Part shown: in pieces, positions 39,101 through 51,364 of the stretch
Layout of the letters: each line of letters opens with the position of its first letter
How positions within the stretch are numbered: position 1 is the stretch's first letter
The notes under the pieces: generated by a model
What the model saw: the letters and a program-made list of their open reading frames with translations, nothing else
Told to the model about the DNA's origin: nothing
The model's database searches: none
Origin: Raillietiella orientalis
Lineage: Eukaryota
Reading direction: 5' to 3'
Length of the DNA: 64,000 nt
Assembly (NCBI GenBank): GCA_036172245.1
Contig: JAYWIR010000036.1
Location: 372,001 to 436,000 of the forward strand
Made by a program: the position numbers and the translations under genes

Positions 39101-39852
39101 TAGTCCTCTTCCTAGGCGAGCCTGCCCACATGGCCAGCATGCATTCTTTCTTGATTAACATTACCAACCGAATGCTGCAACTTTATGCTGAATCCCTGAA
39201 TGAGTGCACAGATACCATGGAGTTTTTCATGTCATTGCTAGCTTCCTTGGTTCGTAAGAATGCTGATCTGTTGACTCAAAGTATGATCAACACTTCATCT
39301 CTCTTTCAATGTGGTAAGCCGCAATCTTTTTGCTAAATCCAGAGCAAACTCTGAGCCCTGGGTTAGGTGTGCTTGCTTTGGGATTTCATGAGACCCGCAC
39401 CGTGAAAGCAGCTGTTTCATTCCTGATCAGCTTCATTGTCCGTAGTAGAGAAGTTGCTTCCTTAAGCACCATAGTCAATGAACAAGGAGAAGGGCTAGTG
39501 ATGCAGACCTTGCGTTGCGTAGGAGGGCATTCTCCAAAAGGAACATTGGAATACACAGCTGACATCTTGTTTTTCTTAAACAAGAAATATTGTGATAGTT
39601 TGTCACGCTGGTTACACACATGCTTAGTGCTAGAAGGATTCCCTTCGGAATATGCGACCTTCAAAATGAAGCAGCAGTTTATAAGTGAAGTGCTAAGGTG
39701 AGGCTGTAGTTGCTTTGAAACTGGCTGAAAGGCATTGTAGGATCAAAGCCAACAAAAACAAAATGGTGAATCTGGTCAAAGAATTTTCCTTGTGTTGCCA
39801 GAATCTCTCCCCAGGAACAGAATATGCAAACCAAGTCGCTTCTACCTTATGA
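36189..39852 (+). CDS. IPO13: Importin-13 (karyopherin-beta family), 14 exons, about 959 aa
   Basis: Exons 36189-36209, 36272-36442, 36549-36716, 36760-36909, 37081-37153, 37195-37493, 37543-37752, 37795-37977, 38019-38268, 38314-38495, 38542-38703, 38746-39313, 39367-39697, 39741-39852; all GT-AG and in phase, 2880 nt. Importin-13 motifs include VQFFGAMTIH, KIILTRLCV, LRLIPEEFQ, FWFTLKDD, WSEEEKEQLRRYREDIGDTL, ADILFFLNKKY and VKEFSLCC. The first micro-exon is less certain; an alternative start is the ATG at 36302. Confidence 0.93.
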
Positions 39853-39949
39853 TATGGAATGGTTCATTCCTTGCATAGTACAAAGTAACTTATTGGAAGA
39901 GAGATTGGTTTTACATATTACGACGCATCTTCAGAGTATCTCGGCGCTT

Positions 39950-40700
39950 TAGTAACAGTTCCTTTTCGAAGTATACGATCATTGCGAATATACAGTCAAT
40001 AAACATTGATTGGTATGTGACTGTCTTTTCATTCCTGCTGGAATCCACCTGCTCCGTGCCCCAAGGCGTTCTGATGCTCGTGATTTCTGGTTTCCGCCCT
40101 TTTTGTTTCCGTTTCCATTTTAATAATTCTAGTCCATGTTGCATACTCACTGTCTTCACTTGCCTACGTAAATGTAAAGCGTCAGCATGTAATGCCAGTA
40201 AGATAAAAATACAAAAAGCTGCGCAAAATTCATAAACGTGTTGATCTCCTTTCATCATTTTCGCAAGACGTCTAGTGAGGCTGTGTGGTCTCTGCAAATT
40301 TACAACGTGGAATCCCAGTAGTTTCAAAGTTTTCCACATCGTCCTTGGATAGAGTGTTTAGCCGACCAGATACCCAGCCCCGACAGGTTTCTTGGTACGG
40401 TGGAAGCTCTTCGACGGTCTCAATCACAAACCGATACTTCCTCATTGCGCAGTTGGCAATCAGCTGGCTGCTCGCGGGGATCACAGCTGCTCGTTTTATT
40501 TCGACGAAACCGACAGCTTTCTTTGAGATGCCCATTTCTTTGAGATGCACCAACCAAGCCGGCAAGGTTTCGAATCGGTACAGCGGAGATTCCAGAAAAG
40601 TGCCACGAAGCACAAATTTAAGAGGGAAGCTTTTGAGTCCTAAACGACATCGGAATCATTTAGAAAACAACTTAAAGCTAGCAAGTGGAGATGGCAAATG
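39950..40700 (-). pseudogene. Very decayed non-LTR RT relic (R4-like), just downstream of IPO13
   Basis: AWLVHLKEMGI..VGFVE, LNTLSKDDV and ALHLRR occur in RT-domain order; weak. Confidence 0.3.
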
Positions 40701-42599
40701 AAATTGTCAGCTGACGAGAGGATTGGTGCCTCATTGCTCCCTTAAGAAGGTACACTGCACACTGGCTTTCGCACATTCTTCCAACACCTACATCTCATTC
40801 AGGAAGGGCTCCAAGTGGGGAGTGGCGGGAAATAAAACTCCGTAATTACCAGACTTCCAGGGATTGTCGCACACGAACCATAACCTGGGAAAGCCAAGCT
40901 ATCTTCGGTTCCTTAGATTCTGGAAAATAGTTGGTTCCTCAGATGCTGCCTACGAGAAGTACATGAAGTTCAAGGTAGGTACAAAAGGCTTTACAAGTTG
41001 CTATTTCTCGCTTGCCTAAGCGAGAAGCACATGAAGCCAGGAACAGCAAGTGCATGAACGATGCTGGAAATTCAAAGGTCCAACGCTTGCTCTGAAGAAT
41101 TCAATCCAGCTAGGAATGCCTGGAGTGAGCGAGAAAGGGGATCATCTGCCAATTCTTCAGTGTGGGGAACGAAATGTAGTGGCGATGTCCCCCTCCCCCC
41201 AAAAAAAAGAAAAAAAAAAAAAAATTTAGCAAAGATGCTTTCCACAGCAACAGAACTTTGGTCATGAGAGGAACATTTACGAATCCACGCAATCCTATAA
41301 GGAATGCTCATGCAGATGCGCTTTCTATCGAATGTCGTAATGTAGAGATAGGTGAACAAGGCAAGACGCTAGTGATTTATTAAATACAGGAGAAGAAGAG
41401 CCCTCTATGGCCCGCAACAACGAGACCTAATGCTGGCACGTATTCAAAGAAATTGTAGGCCCCAATTGCAAACCTAAAGATGTGACGCCTTCACCACTGA
41501 CTAGATCAAGTAGGGGACACGGGAGATAGGAGATACAGGTTTGCTCCATCGGTTGGGGTGGTCGCTGCGATTCGAAATTGCTATGAGAGAAGGAAGAAAC
41601 GCCATCGTAATTGATGCAAGCTACCCACAAAAGCACAGAATCAGGAAGGAACCATGAGAACCATTTGCTCACCTTTCGTTCTCAGACCGTTACACGCTCC
41701 CTGAGGGTTTGTGCAATTCTTCGAGGCAAGGGGCACCCCGTGAGGGAGCTAACCTAGAAATCCAGAAAGGGCTCCGTAGAAGACAGTAGGTTTTTCTCAC
41801 GCCTGAGGAGTAATCTCCACCCTGGTTGTCTCCGAAAGAAATCTCGAAGAGTACCTCCTTCCTTATTCTTTCCGAAGGGACCCCCGAAAGGGTTTTCTAT
41901 TTTCCCTCCTCCGAAGGGAACACGCAAGGGAGTCGCTACTGTATGCTTCTCTGAAGAGAACTCCGAACGAGTCCTTCCAAGTTTCCTCAGAAGGGCGCTT
42001 CCCTAAGGGAGCGGCAATCCTCTTTGCACTCTGCAGAGGTATCATCAATCCACCAGCTCCATGTTACGAGACGGAGGATCAACCCACGAGGGAACAGGGA
42101 CGGCTCCTTCGCACAACCATAGGGGATCTTTGAAGGGAATTGGACTCCTTGATTCTGCTTACTGGTAGGACTCCGAAGAGTCGACTCCCAATCCCGGACA
42201 CTCATCAGGGTCATCCGGTTTGAACCGCTACGAAAGAAAAATCCCAAACAGATACCATGGAAACGAGATTTGGGAATTGAGACTGCACACAGATTTCAGA
42301 GACGTCCGTGATCAAAGACTGTTAAGCGAGCGACTTCGATGTTCCGTCTTCTCGCAGCGTCGGTGAAGTTGGTGGATGTCCGGTGCTGGGACGTGTAGTC
42401 CGAGTAAGAGGCAGAAGATATGAAAGCTGCATTCGGTGAAGAGATTGTGAATTTTTTGAGGGTTGGGGGCGTGGGAGGGGGGACGCTGAGAAGGAACGCT
42501 AGATGATGCCGCTGCCCGCCGTGGGAAGGCGAGTAGAGGTTGCAAGTGGGATCATCGGCTTCCTAGACGCAGGGATTGTGGTGTTGGGTATGGGGTGTT

Positions 42600-44480
42600 G
42601 ATACGCGCTGGAACTCAGGGTGAGCCGGAACAGCTAAGCGAAAGAGCTGAACCGTACTCGAGACGGATTGAGTGAGAAGGAGTACGGAGTGCAACAGCGA
42701 GCACGGTCTCTGACGAGAAAGACGCAAAGAACGCATTTGGGAAGGTTCTGAAGAGGAAAAAAGGTTGCTGACCATTTTCCAAACTGGCTCCTCGCTGGGG
42801 CAATTCTGGAGAACGAATGGGAAACGGTGCACGAGCGTTCTTTCTTTCTTCTAGTCCCGCACTGCTCCACCGAGAGTTTAAGTGGTGGCCCGCCCTCTTC
42901 CGGATCCACTCTTTTAGAGCAAGAAAACGTCATCTCTTCCAGATGCAAGCGTGGTGTCTGCACTGTGGTCCGAGAGACTTACCCTTCAGAGAGCTATCGG
43001 TAGACCTTGCAGGCCGAGACAGGGTCGTGAAAACAGGGACAGGTCTCTGCGCATTTCCCAGCAGTCAAGCGGAGAGAGCGCTGTGTGACACGTTTGGGAA
43101 AGAGTTCCCGGTTCCAGCACAGAGTGGAACGTCCTGATGGATGGGTAAAGGTAGCGATGGACTCCATCCTAGCGATCGTGCCCGATGGGAAACTTCTGGG
43201 CTCCTTCCCGGGATCATTTCCGGATGCCGGCAACAGGGAAAAGTGAAATTTCAATCCCCATGTGAGCAGATTCAGACCGAGGTGCTCCCCTTCCACACGT
43301 TGTCGGACCGGAAGCTTCGGGGCATGCTGGTAGCGCCAGATACGGAGCTGGCACTTGGTTTCCGGAAGACAAGCGTGGCAGAATGGGAGTTGGTCGATGT
43401 CTTTGCACGGAGTCGCAATGCCTTCATCCACCAATCTGCTTCCAGCAACGTGGTGGTGGTGGTGGGTGCAATCTTTCTTCGGCGGGGGACCGCTCGCGAG
43501 GCCAGCCTTTTGTTTCAATTGCATCCATCGCAGTGCGGACGAAAGGATAGTGAACATTCAAAGGCAAATGATGTTTGAATATTGTAATCTGTCTGTTTCT
43601 TTCCATTATTGAAGCTCACGTTCTTCCTTTGCGTCTGCAGTCCCTCCCGAAGGAAGGCAAGGTGAACTGTTCCTTTGCACAACCGGAAGAAAACCCCAAA
43701 GGGAACCAACTCCTTGATTTTGTTTCCTGGAAGGATCCTAAAAGGATTGACTCCCAATCCTGTTCACTCATCGGGGACATCGGTTTAAATCGCTACATGC
43801 GCCGCACTCGAATGAATTTAGCCAACCAGCGTCACCACGCAGGAGGAACGAACCTAAGACTCATCCCCATCTCTCGGCGCCGATTCTTTCCGCGTATTCG
43901 AACCCGTGACGCTTGTATCAGCGCAAGCAGACCTCAGCAGCAACATCCAACGCAAGAAGTCGAAAGGGGTGAGACTCACTCGAAGTCGTGCTGAAGCTCA
44001 AGGAGGACCGCTGCCTCTTCGCTTGTCGCCCAGGGAACTCCTAACTGCGGGAGGCAATTGGCATTCGGGTTGACAAACTAGATGTGCCCCCCCCGAAAAG
44101 CCTTGTCTCCTGAACCCCTCATGTTCAGCCTTCTGAATGAAGTCCTTGAAGACTGCAGCAGCAGGTCTCCTCCAGTAGAATCACCGCTTGCCACAACCGT
44201 GTTCGCCCTCTGCGCAGGCAGTTCAACACGCTGTGATGCACCATATGCTAGCACTATGCTCGAAGCTGTGGAATTCCTCTGGTGTAAGTCTGTTTGTCCA
44301 ATGCTACAGCGTTGCGTTGGCAGCGGATGACTGATCTCGCTGCTTCCGCACTGGCGATACCGCATCTGAAGATTTGGATTTCCACTGAAACTGGCTGCCT
44401 CGCTGCTGGAAGCCTACTCTTGGATCTTGTACCGTCCAATAAACTTGAAGGCATGGCGACAGGAGGTATTTATCTCCTAA
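42600..44480. pseudogene. Mixed-strand, heavily decayed LINE relics
   Basis: Scattered motifs: SALW..CRPRQG on +, and GLNLLT on -. Confidence 0.3.
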
Positions 44481-44489
44481 GCAACTGCA

Positions 44490-45608
44490 ATGGAGGAAAC
44501 CCCAGAAACCCTTGGTCTCGTGCGCTCGCTCCACAACCTGCCAGTGGAAGATGTACTGCAAGACGAGGACGCGTGCCCTTCTGGCCGTCACACCTCTTTT
44601 TGCAGCGCTCTCTGCCCTAAGGGAAAGTGGCGACAACTATCTACTGACAAGGTGGAAGTTGTGCTGCACCGTTTCAGGAAAAACTCGCCTTTCCGCGCGT
44701 ACAGGACGGAAAGGCGAGTGAGCCGGCGGACTCCGCCCCTCCACTTCATATTGCGAAGGAACTGCTTCGATGGAGCGAGCTCCTCAGAGTGGCCTCCGAC
44801 GGACTTGTTGTCCCTCGATTGTGCATAAAGATTTCCGTGTTCCTGCTGAATTCGAGACGGAACATCCTGTTGTTTTCGCATTGAAGCATGCAGTGCAATC
44901 AGCGAAAAGAAAACGGATTTCCGGGGGCGTCGTGTTGCCGAACTGTTCGAGTTGCGGAGGGACTCAGTCGTTCCAACACCACTTCTTGGAATGCAGAGAC
45001 CTAAAGGAACTTTGGCAGAAGCTGAATTCAGCACTCCTACACCGCTAAGGAACTGAGATAGGCTTACTGCAGCCATTCTTCAGAAGTAGTGAAGCCACGA
45101 GAGGCGCTGTGATAGTGACGATGAGTTACGTCCGTGCCCCTCGCCATTTGCTGGAGAGTCGGGCGCAGCGAATGCAGACCTCCAGCATCTCAGCTGTCTT
45201 CATGAGGATGCCTGCATGGTGACCCTACCTAGACGAAGAAGAGAGGAAGGACATCGTTGATATCCAGTTCCGTTTCCGAGATGAAGGAGCAAACATTGCC
45301 AGTGACCCCTGCTTATGTTATTGTTTACGGTCCACTCCCGCCCGTTCCTGACTATTCCGGTGATTTAAAAAGAAAACGAAAAAGCCAAGGATACTCTTTC
45401 CGTCCTCCAATTTCATGTTGTTTTTGTTTTCGAACCTATATCTCTGCTCTGGACTTTTAGTAAACCGGCCGGACGTGCCGGGAACCTCTCCCCTTGAGCT
45501 TCCATTGGACATCTTTCCGGGAAGCCACCTCCTTCACAGTGTTCCTCTCGTGTTTGTTTTTTTTATTTGCATGGCAAATAAATGCCGCGGCCTCACTAGG
45601 TGCAAATC
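44490..45608 (+). mobile_element. L1/Tx1-like subfamily X 3' portion, decayed
   Basis: RISGGVVLPNCSSCGGTQSFQHHFLECRDLKELWQKLNSALLH matches RVSGGVVSPNCKRCGG at about 51950; UTR hairpin at 45465-45481; terminal aataaatgccgcggcctcactaggtgcaaatc at 45577. Confidence 0.75.
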
Positions 45609-46189
45609 TGTGCAGGAAGAAACAGCAGTTGCTTATCCACGGGATGGAAGCTGCCCTGCACCATGACCGTACTGAAGAGCATCTCCTACTCGGCTGGTAA
45701 GAGGCAGAAACGCTTAACGCCTCCACTTAGAACACGAGCGAGGGAGGGAATGGTGCGGCGAAAAGACACGTCCACTACACCGAAGGAGCAACTCGACTTT
45801 CCACCTTTGTGCTGGAAGGGTAAGGTCAGACAACCAGCGCTGTAGAGACTTCCATTGAAAACACAGCTAGGAGGCCTTCCTAGCAACTAGACTCGGATCC
45901 TTCGATCCTGCACACAAACGAAAGGAATGGACTCAAAGCAAAAACTGAACTTCACTGCGGGATCAAGACATGGGGTGTCAACCCGCACAAAAACAACCAC
46001 AAAACTCTCAGAACTATGAAAAACGCCTGAATATCCTTTAAGCGCCATATCTCTTCAAAGACGTGTGGAGATGGACGCCTGGAGAAGAAGGTGAAAGTTT
46101 CTGAAAATCTCTCACCGACTTTTGCACGTCACATAAAGCGGGGAAAGGCCGCCCACCTTGGATACAACAGATCTTTGCGAAATGATACC

Positions 46190-48420
46190 TAGCGAAAGGA
46201 CGTAGCGCGTGAGGCAAGGACCATAAGTACTTCGGGAGGCACACTCAAAAGCTCGTTCCACCGGAGGAGTCCCTTCGGGGTGATGCGAGGCGTGGCGGCG
46301 TCTGCCAGCTCGCAAGTCCTCCAGCCGTCTATGGGTCGTGTTGCTCCTGCGATGGTGCAGGCGGCCTCCCACCTCGCCGGCAGGCAGCTGTCATCACTTG
46401 CCCTGAGGGCTGACAGCGCGTCGGCGAGGGGCATGACGGCCAGGCGAGTCCACTTCTCCTGGCTGTTGCAGACCTCATCCACCGTGCAGTACGGGGAGAG
46501 GTTGGTGCAACGGAGTTCCAACAGTGAAACATCCTGTTGCTTGGCCCAGCCTTGGTTCCTGCCGCCAGGCTTCAAAGTTCATTGGGCGGCAGGAAATCCA
46601 GGCGTGGGCTGCCAGGAGCCGGTAGAGAAGTTTCAAAGGGAAACCAAAGCATCTCGTGGCGCGCTCCGTATGCGGCAGTAACGAAAGAAGTCTGTCGCTG
46701 CCGGTGCAGCGCCGCAGGAGCAGGCGCGCGGGAGCACATCACGGAGTGGACCAAAGTTTGGCGCACAGGGCCAACATTCGAAGCTGCACCTGCAGCTCGA
46801 TTCTCTCCAGCGTCAGGATGCCCAAGCCGGCCTCCCGATGTGGAGCCGCTAAATCTTTGAGGCGGATCCTGGACCTCGTAGGTCCCCACAGAGCGTTCCT
46901 CAACAGGCTTTGCGCCTGGAGCTTGGTCGAATAGGGAGGAGGACAAACAAAAAGCAGGGGGCGTAAGAGGGGGGCAACGAAGGTGTTCCACGCTGTGGCC
47001 AGCTCCGGCAGGAGGAACCTGCCAAGGTGGAACGGGCACAGAGCACTCCCAGCCCGCCGAAGGCAGTCCGACCATGCTTCCACTGGGCTCATGTCCCCCA
47101 GCGGGACGCCCAAGTATTGGAAGGACGAAGCGGTCGGGATCCCCAGGCGGATCCAGTCGGACTGCCCCTCCCACGCTGCACCAACAGGAACGACCACGCT
47201 CTTACTCCGGTTTACGCTCATGCCCGCTCCCTGGCGAATCAGTTCGAAAAAATCCTCGAGACTGGACGCCGGGGTGGTCATGGGTAAAAGGAGAAGCAGG
47301 TCGTCAGCATAGGCCGCCACGGACGGCGTTCCTGGACAAGAGCTCGGCAGGTTGGCCAGCGTCAGCCTGTGCGCCCTCAGCACCAACTCAAAGAAGATGC
47401 TGAAGAGCAACCGACTTAAGCTGTCGCCCTGCCTGATGCCCCGCCGGACCGGCGTGCCGTACACGTGGCAGCCGTTGAAAGAGATGGAGATCAACGCGTG
47501 GCGTCAGCAAGCGCGCAAATAGGCCACGAAGTGCACCGGGAGATCGAGGCGTTTCAGGAGCTCCAGGAGGAGATCCTGATTCACGCAATCGAACGCCTTG
47601 CGGAAATCGACCGCGACCGCCAAGGCACCCGGCGCTTTCTTAGGCCGAATGCACCTTCGCCTAGCCGAGGCAGCCGCAGCTGCTGATCGCTTGCTGTTGT
47701 GCGCCACGCACCTCTGCAGCTCTTGCCACGTGCGCACGAAGAAAAGGTTCGCCTCCACGGACCGCCCGAGAACAGCGTAGGACTGCTCCGGACTTACCAT
47801 GGATCCTGCGATCCTGCCTAGGCGCTCGACCCAGAGCTTGGAGAACAACTTGACGTCCGAATTCACCAAGGTGATCGGAGCCAGTTGCTCAATTGGCGCA
47901 TGTCTCCGCCTTTCGGCAAGAGACGCACCTTGCTGAGCGAAACGAGGCCGGGACATTGCCCGTCTCTCGCATCAGCGTAGAAAGCCTCAGCACCAGGGGA
48001 ATGAGTTCCGCCGCGAAGCACTGGAAGAACTCCGCAGGCAGACCATCCTCACCTGGCGCCTCGCGCTTCTTGAGGCCCGCTATGGCGGAAGACACTTCCG
48101 CCGTGAAGGGCAAGTCAAGAGTGGCGCGTTCCTCCTCGTCGACCGCCGGGGCACCCGCCGGCAGAAGCAGCTTCGAGAGACTGCGTTCCGTCGGCTCCCT
48201 AGCATACAACGAGGTGTAGTAGAGCTTTAGGAGGCGGCGAACATCGGCCGCGCCCGAGCACTCCAGGCCCTGGTCGTCGAGCAGACAAGCCGCTCCTGAC
48301 TGCCAGACCTGGTGCTCGGCGTTGGCCTTGTACTCCGCAAGGTTCCGGACGTCCGGGCACCGGGAAGAGCGGCGGGCCTGCAGAAACTCTCTGCCGTTGG
48401 CCACACCTTCTCCAAAACCT
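46190..48420 (-). mobile_element. L1/Tx1-like subfamily X ORF2 (linker, RT, part of the C-terminus), frameshifted
   Basis: APGEDGLPAEFF, PITLVNSDVKLFSK, VDFRKAFD, GIRQGDSLS, AYADDL, FQYLGVPLG across ORFs 47889-48404, 47504-47956, 46739-47494 and 46189-46575. Confidence 0.92.
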
Positions 48421-49339
48421 GCCCTTCCTCCAAAGGGCGCTTCACGAAAGCCGGAAGCCGAGGTGGCGAGTCTGCTGCTGTATCGCAGGCAGAGAGAAGA
48501 TGATGAGCGGCTGGACCATGGGAGAGCTGACAGATGCTACGACCCCAAGTGTCCACCCGCGTGGATTAAGAAGATGGGGTGAGCTGCTCGGCATTCGATT
48601 GGATGACCCGAAGTGGCCCCCGGTTCTACTTGGATCCAGGATTCTTCCCCTGAAGTGGCAAGAATCGGCGCTTCTGTGGCTGCATTCGGGTCTACTTTGC
48701 AACGCGCGCCGCTTCCACTGGACGCGGGAAGAGTAAATCCTGTGTGTGCAAGGTGTGGGGAGCGGGAGTCGCTCCCTCACCTCCTAGTTGACTGCCGTGC
48801 CGTCCGGATTCTTTGGGATCGTCTTGGAACGGCCCTCGGTATACCGGAAGGTGGCAACCCCAGGAATGTTTACAGTCTTCTCTTTGTGCGGGACGCCCTC
48901 AGTCCAGCCACAACCCTCGCAGCACTTTGCTGCATCCGTGGTATCGTGGCAGCCTGGAGTAATGCCGAAGATGAAGATTCCACCGTAATGGACGTCATCC
49001 CATATGCTGTTCGCTTCCTGCGGAGAGCTATTGGATGGCCCCAGCTGGGAAGATTGAAGGAGGACCTCGAGGGTATCCTACTAAGGATGGACCCTCCTCC
49101 CAGTGGACTGTGATCCCTTCCCTTCCCTCCAAAAACTGTTTTCTTCTTTTTTTACTGATTTATTTTTCTTTTTGTTTTTCCCCCCATCCCCTTCCACTGC
49201 CGAGGAGAGTCACACCGGGCTGCGTCCCGGTGTCCCGGCAGGTCCGGCATTAAGTGGCCGTTAGTGGGGCCTTGTACCACGTACTGTAATGACGAATGAA
49301 ACGTTTTTTTAATAAACGTCCCGGAGTACCCGGGTGGCA
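48421..49339 (+). mobile_element. 5'-truncated L1/Tx1-like subfamily Y copy (ORF2 C-terminus and 3' UTR)
   Basis: CARCGERESLPHLLVDC zinc finger; collinear with but diverged from 54400-55314; terminal motif at 49311-49339. Confidence 0.92.
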
Positions 49340-51364
49340 TCTCCGAAACCTGGTGTGGGTGGACGTGTTTTTTGGTCGCTCCGCCAGCGAGTCTGGAAAG
49401 CAATCGAATTTTTTTTTAGTTTAGTGTGGTATTCAGGTTGGATCGTCGGTGTCCGATGGCAGCCTTGCCAGAGGACACCGCGATGGAGGTAGGCATGGGG
49501 GAGGCATGTCCTCACCCACAACCTGCAGAATCAGGGGCAAATGCCCCGGGATCCTCTTCGCAGCCCGCGAGGAGCTGGAGCGCCGTGGTGGCCGCGCCAA
49601 GCGTAGAAGCCATGGCAGAGATGGCCGCATATAAGGCTTCCGGATACAAGCCATCACTTGTATATAAGGTAGGCCCTTTATTCGACGGCCGGACGGCCCG
49701 CGCGTTTGCAAAAGCGCTAAAGGCCGCAGATGTGAAAGAAGATCTTGAAGGCCTCTCCGTCCTCAGCGGGGGTCAGCGCTTCGAGGTAGTCTGTAAAGAC
49801 TTCACCTTGGCCCAGCGCTTACTTAATAACCCGCTAAACGTAGATGGCCGCAAGATCTTACCGGTAACAATGGATCGCTCCGTGGTGGTCCATCTTATCG
49901 GCATCACTAACCGCATGACGCGCTCTGCGGTTAGTGAAGAGCTGAATAAGTATGGAGACGTGCACGCGCTGTGGGAGAAGCCCACGATATTCGAGGGCTA
50001 CAACAGCCTCTTCGGGGGTCAAGCCGCGGCGCGTGTTACAGTAAAAGAGGATTGTGGGCTCCCCCACAAACTAGAGGTGGCCAACGAGGCCGTCGACCTC
50101 TGGTACGTGGGGAAGCCACGGTATTGTGGCTACTGCGATGCAGTGGGTCACCTCCGAAAGAGGTGCCCGAACATCGAGTGCTACATATGCGGGAGAAGGG
50201 CCACGTTCGACGCGTATGTCCGAAACGGCCCACTCCGATACCGCCTGCAGCCAAAAAGGCGCAGGCAAAAAGGCGAGGTCGTTAAGGTTAAGGTCGAAAG
50301 ACCTCAACGAGAAAGTGGCCGGCAACAGCCGCCAGTCCCCCTTCCTCCAACACAGGTGTCTGAAGAAACAGTTTCCGAAGACGCGGGAAACGAGGAGGGC
50401 TGGAAGTTGGTAAAGGCCAAAAAGCCAAAACCTGCTGAGAAAGCGCAGAAAACCACGGAGAAAGTCGCCACCGGCGTGGTTCCAAAATGAAGCCGCGTCC
50501 CGAAACCCCCCGTGAGTGCTCGGTAGCACTGGAGCGCGTCGCCGTTCCCGAGGCTGCCACCCGGAGCGAAGATCCTCCCCTCGGCGTTTGCGCTGCACCT
50601 GAGGTTCGCGAAGGCGAACCGTCTGTTTGCCCAGATGGTGAGCCGCGCGACGCGACCGTCGAAAACGAGGACACAGCTTTCGAGAAGGCGGCGGAGGAGC
50701 TCGCGGCCACGCTGGCCGAGCGCGAGAAACCGTCACGCAAGGCCATGCGAAGGCCGGCTCCAACGAGGAAGGCCCCCGCAGGTGAGTCCGACATGGGGGT
50801 AGGAAGTTCATCTTCCTCCGCGGAGGCACCACCTCGGACAGCGGAACGAAATTCCCAAAAGCATAGGAGGGGCGCCTCCCGTCAACGAGCGAGTAGGAGA
50901 ATCCGGAAGCCCACGCTCGGAAGCCGGTAAGCAGGCGACCCTCATAGAGGAGGGTGAGCAAGGGAGCGAAGATCCCCCTGCATACGCCGAACCCGAGCAG
51001 CCCGCCCCAATGGAGGAGGGCGATCAGGTAGGCGCGACACCTCCCTCGTCGGAGTCGCCGGACACACCGGCACCCATGGAGGAAGGGGACCAGGTGCTCT
51101 AAGCACCCACCCCTTCTCCTCCTAGCGTCCAGGCCCAATAGGTGGCAGACGCCGCAACGACGATTTCCCAGGATTAACACCTGGGCTCGCCTGTCGGCGT
51201 AGGATCCGCGTAGCCTGCTGGAACGTCAACGGGCTGCGCGACGACGGCAACAGGCGGGATACGGCCGACACCCTGCGCGACTTCGACCTGACGCTCCTGC
51301 AGGAGATCCACGGGATCACCGCGGCAGACGTCCAGGAGATCGAAACGATCGCAAGGGGTCGTTT
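49340..51364 (+). mobile_element. 5' part of an L1/Tx1-like element: 5' UTR, ORF1 (49456 to about 51102, frameshifted) and the APE N-terminus
   Basis: ORF1 knuckles CGYCDAVGHLRKRC and CYICG/EKGHVRRVC (frameshift near 50193), twice-repeated PAPMEEGDQV; then RIRVACWNVNGL..LTLLQEIH (APE motifs) at about 51200-51310. Confidence 0.9.

Noticed and set aside
46190..49339. Classical twin-priming 5' inversion of a single element
   Set aside because: The arms encode overlapping, clearly different versions of the same ORF2 region, so they come from different subfamilies.
50071..51180. 369-aa antisense ORF, and similar long GC-rich ORFs such as 8554-9540, 13242-14138 and 19751-20650
   Set aside because: No recognisable domains except where they overlap real exons; explained by GC-rich, low-complexity or antisense-to-coding sequence.
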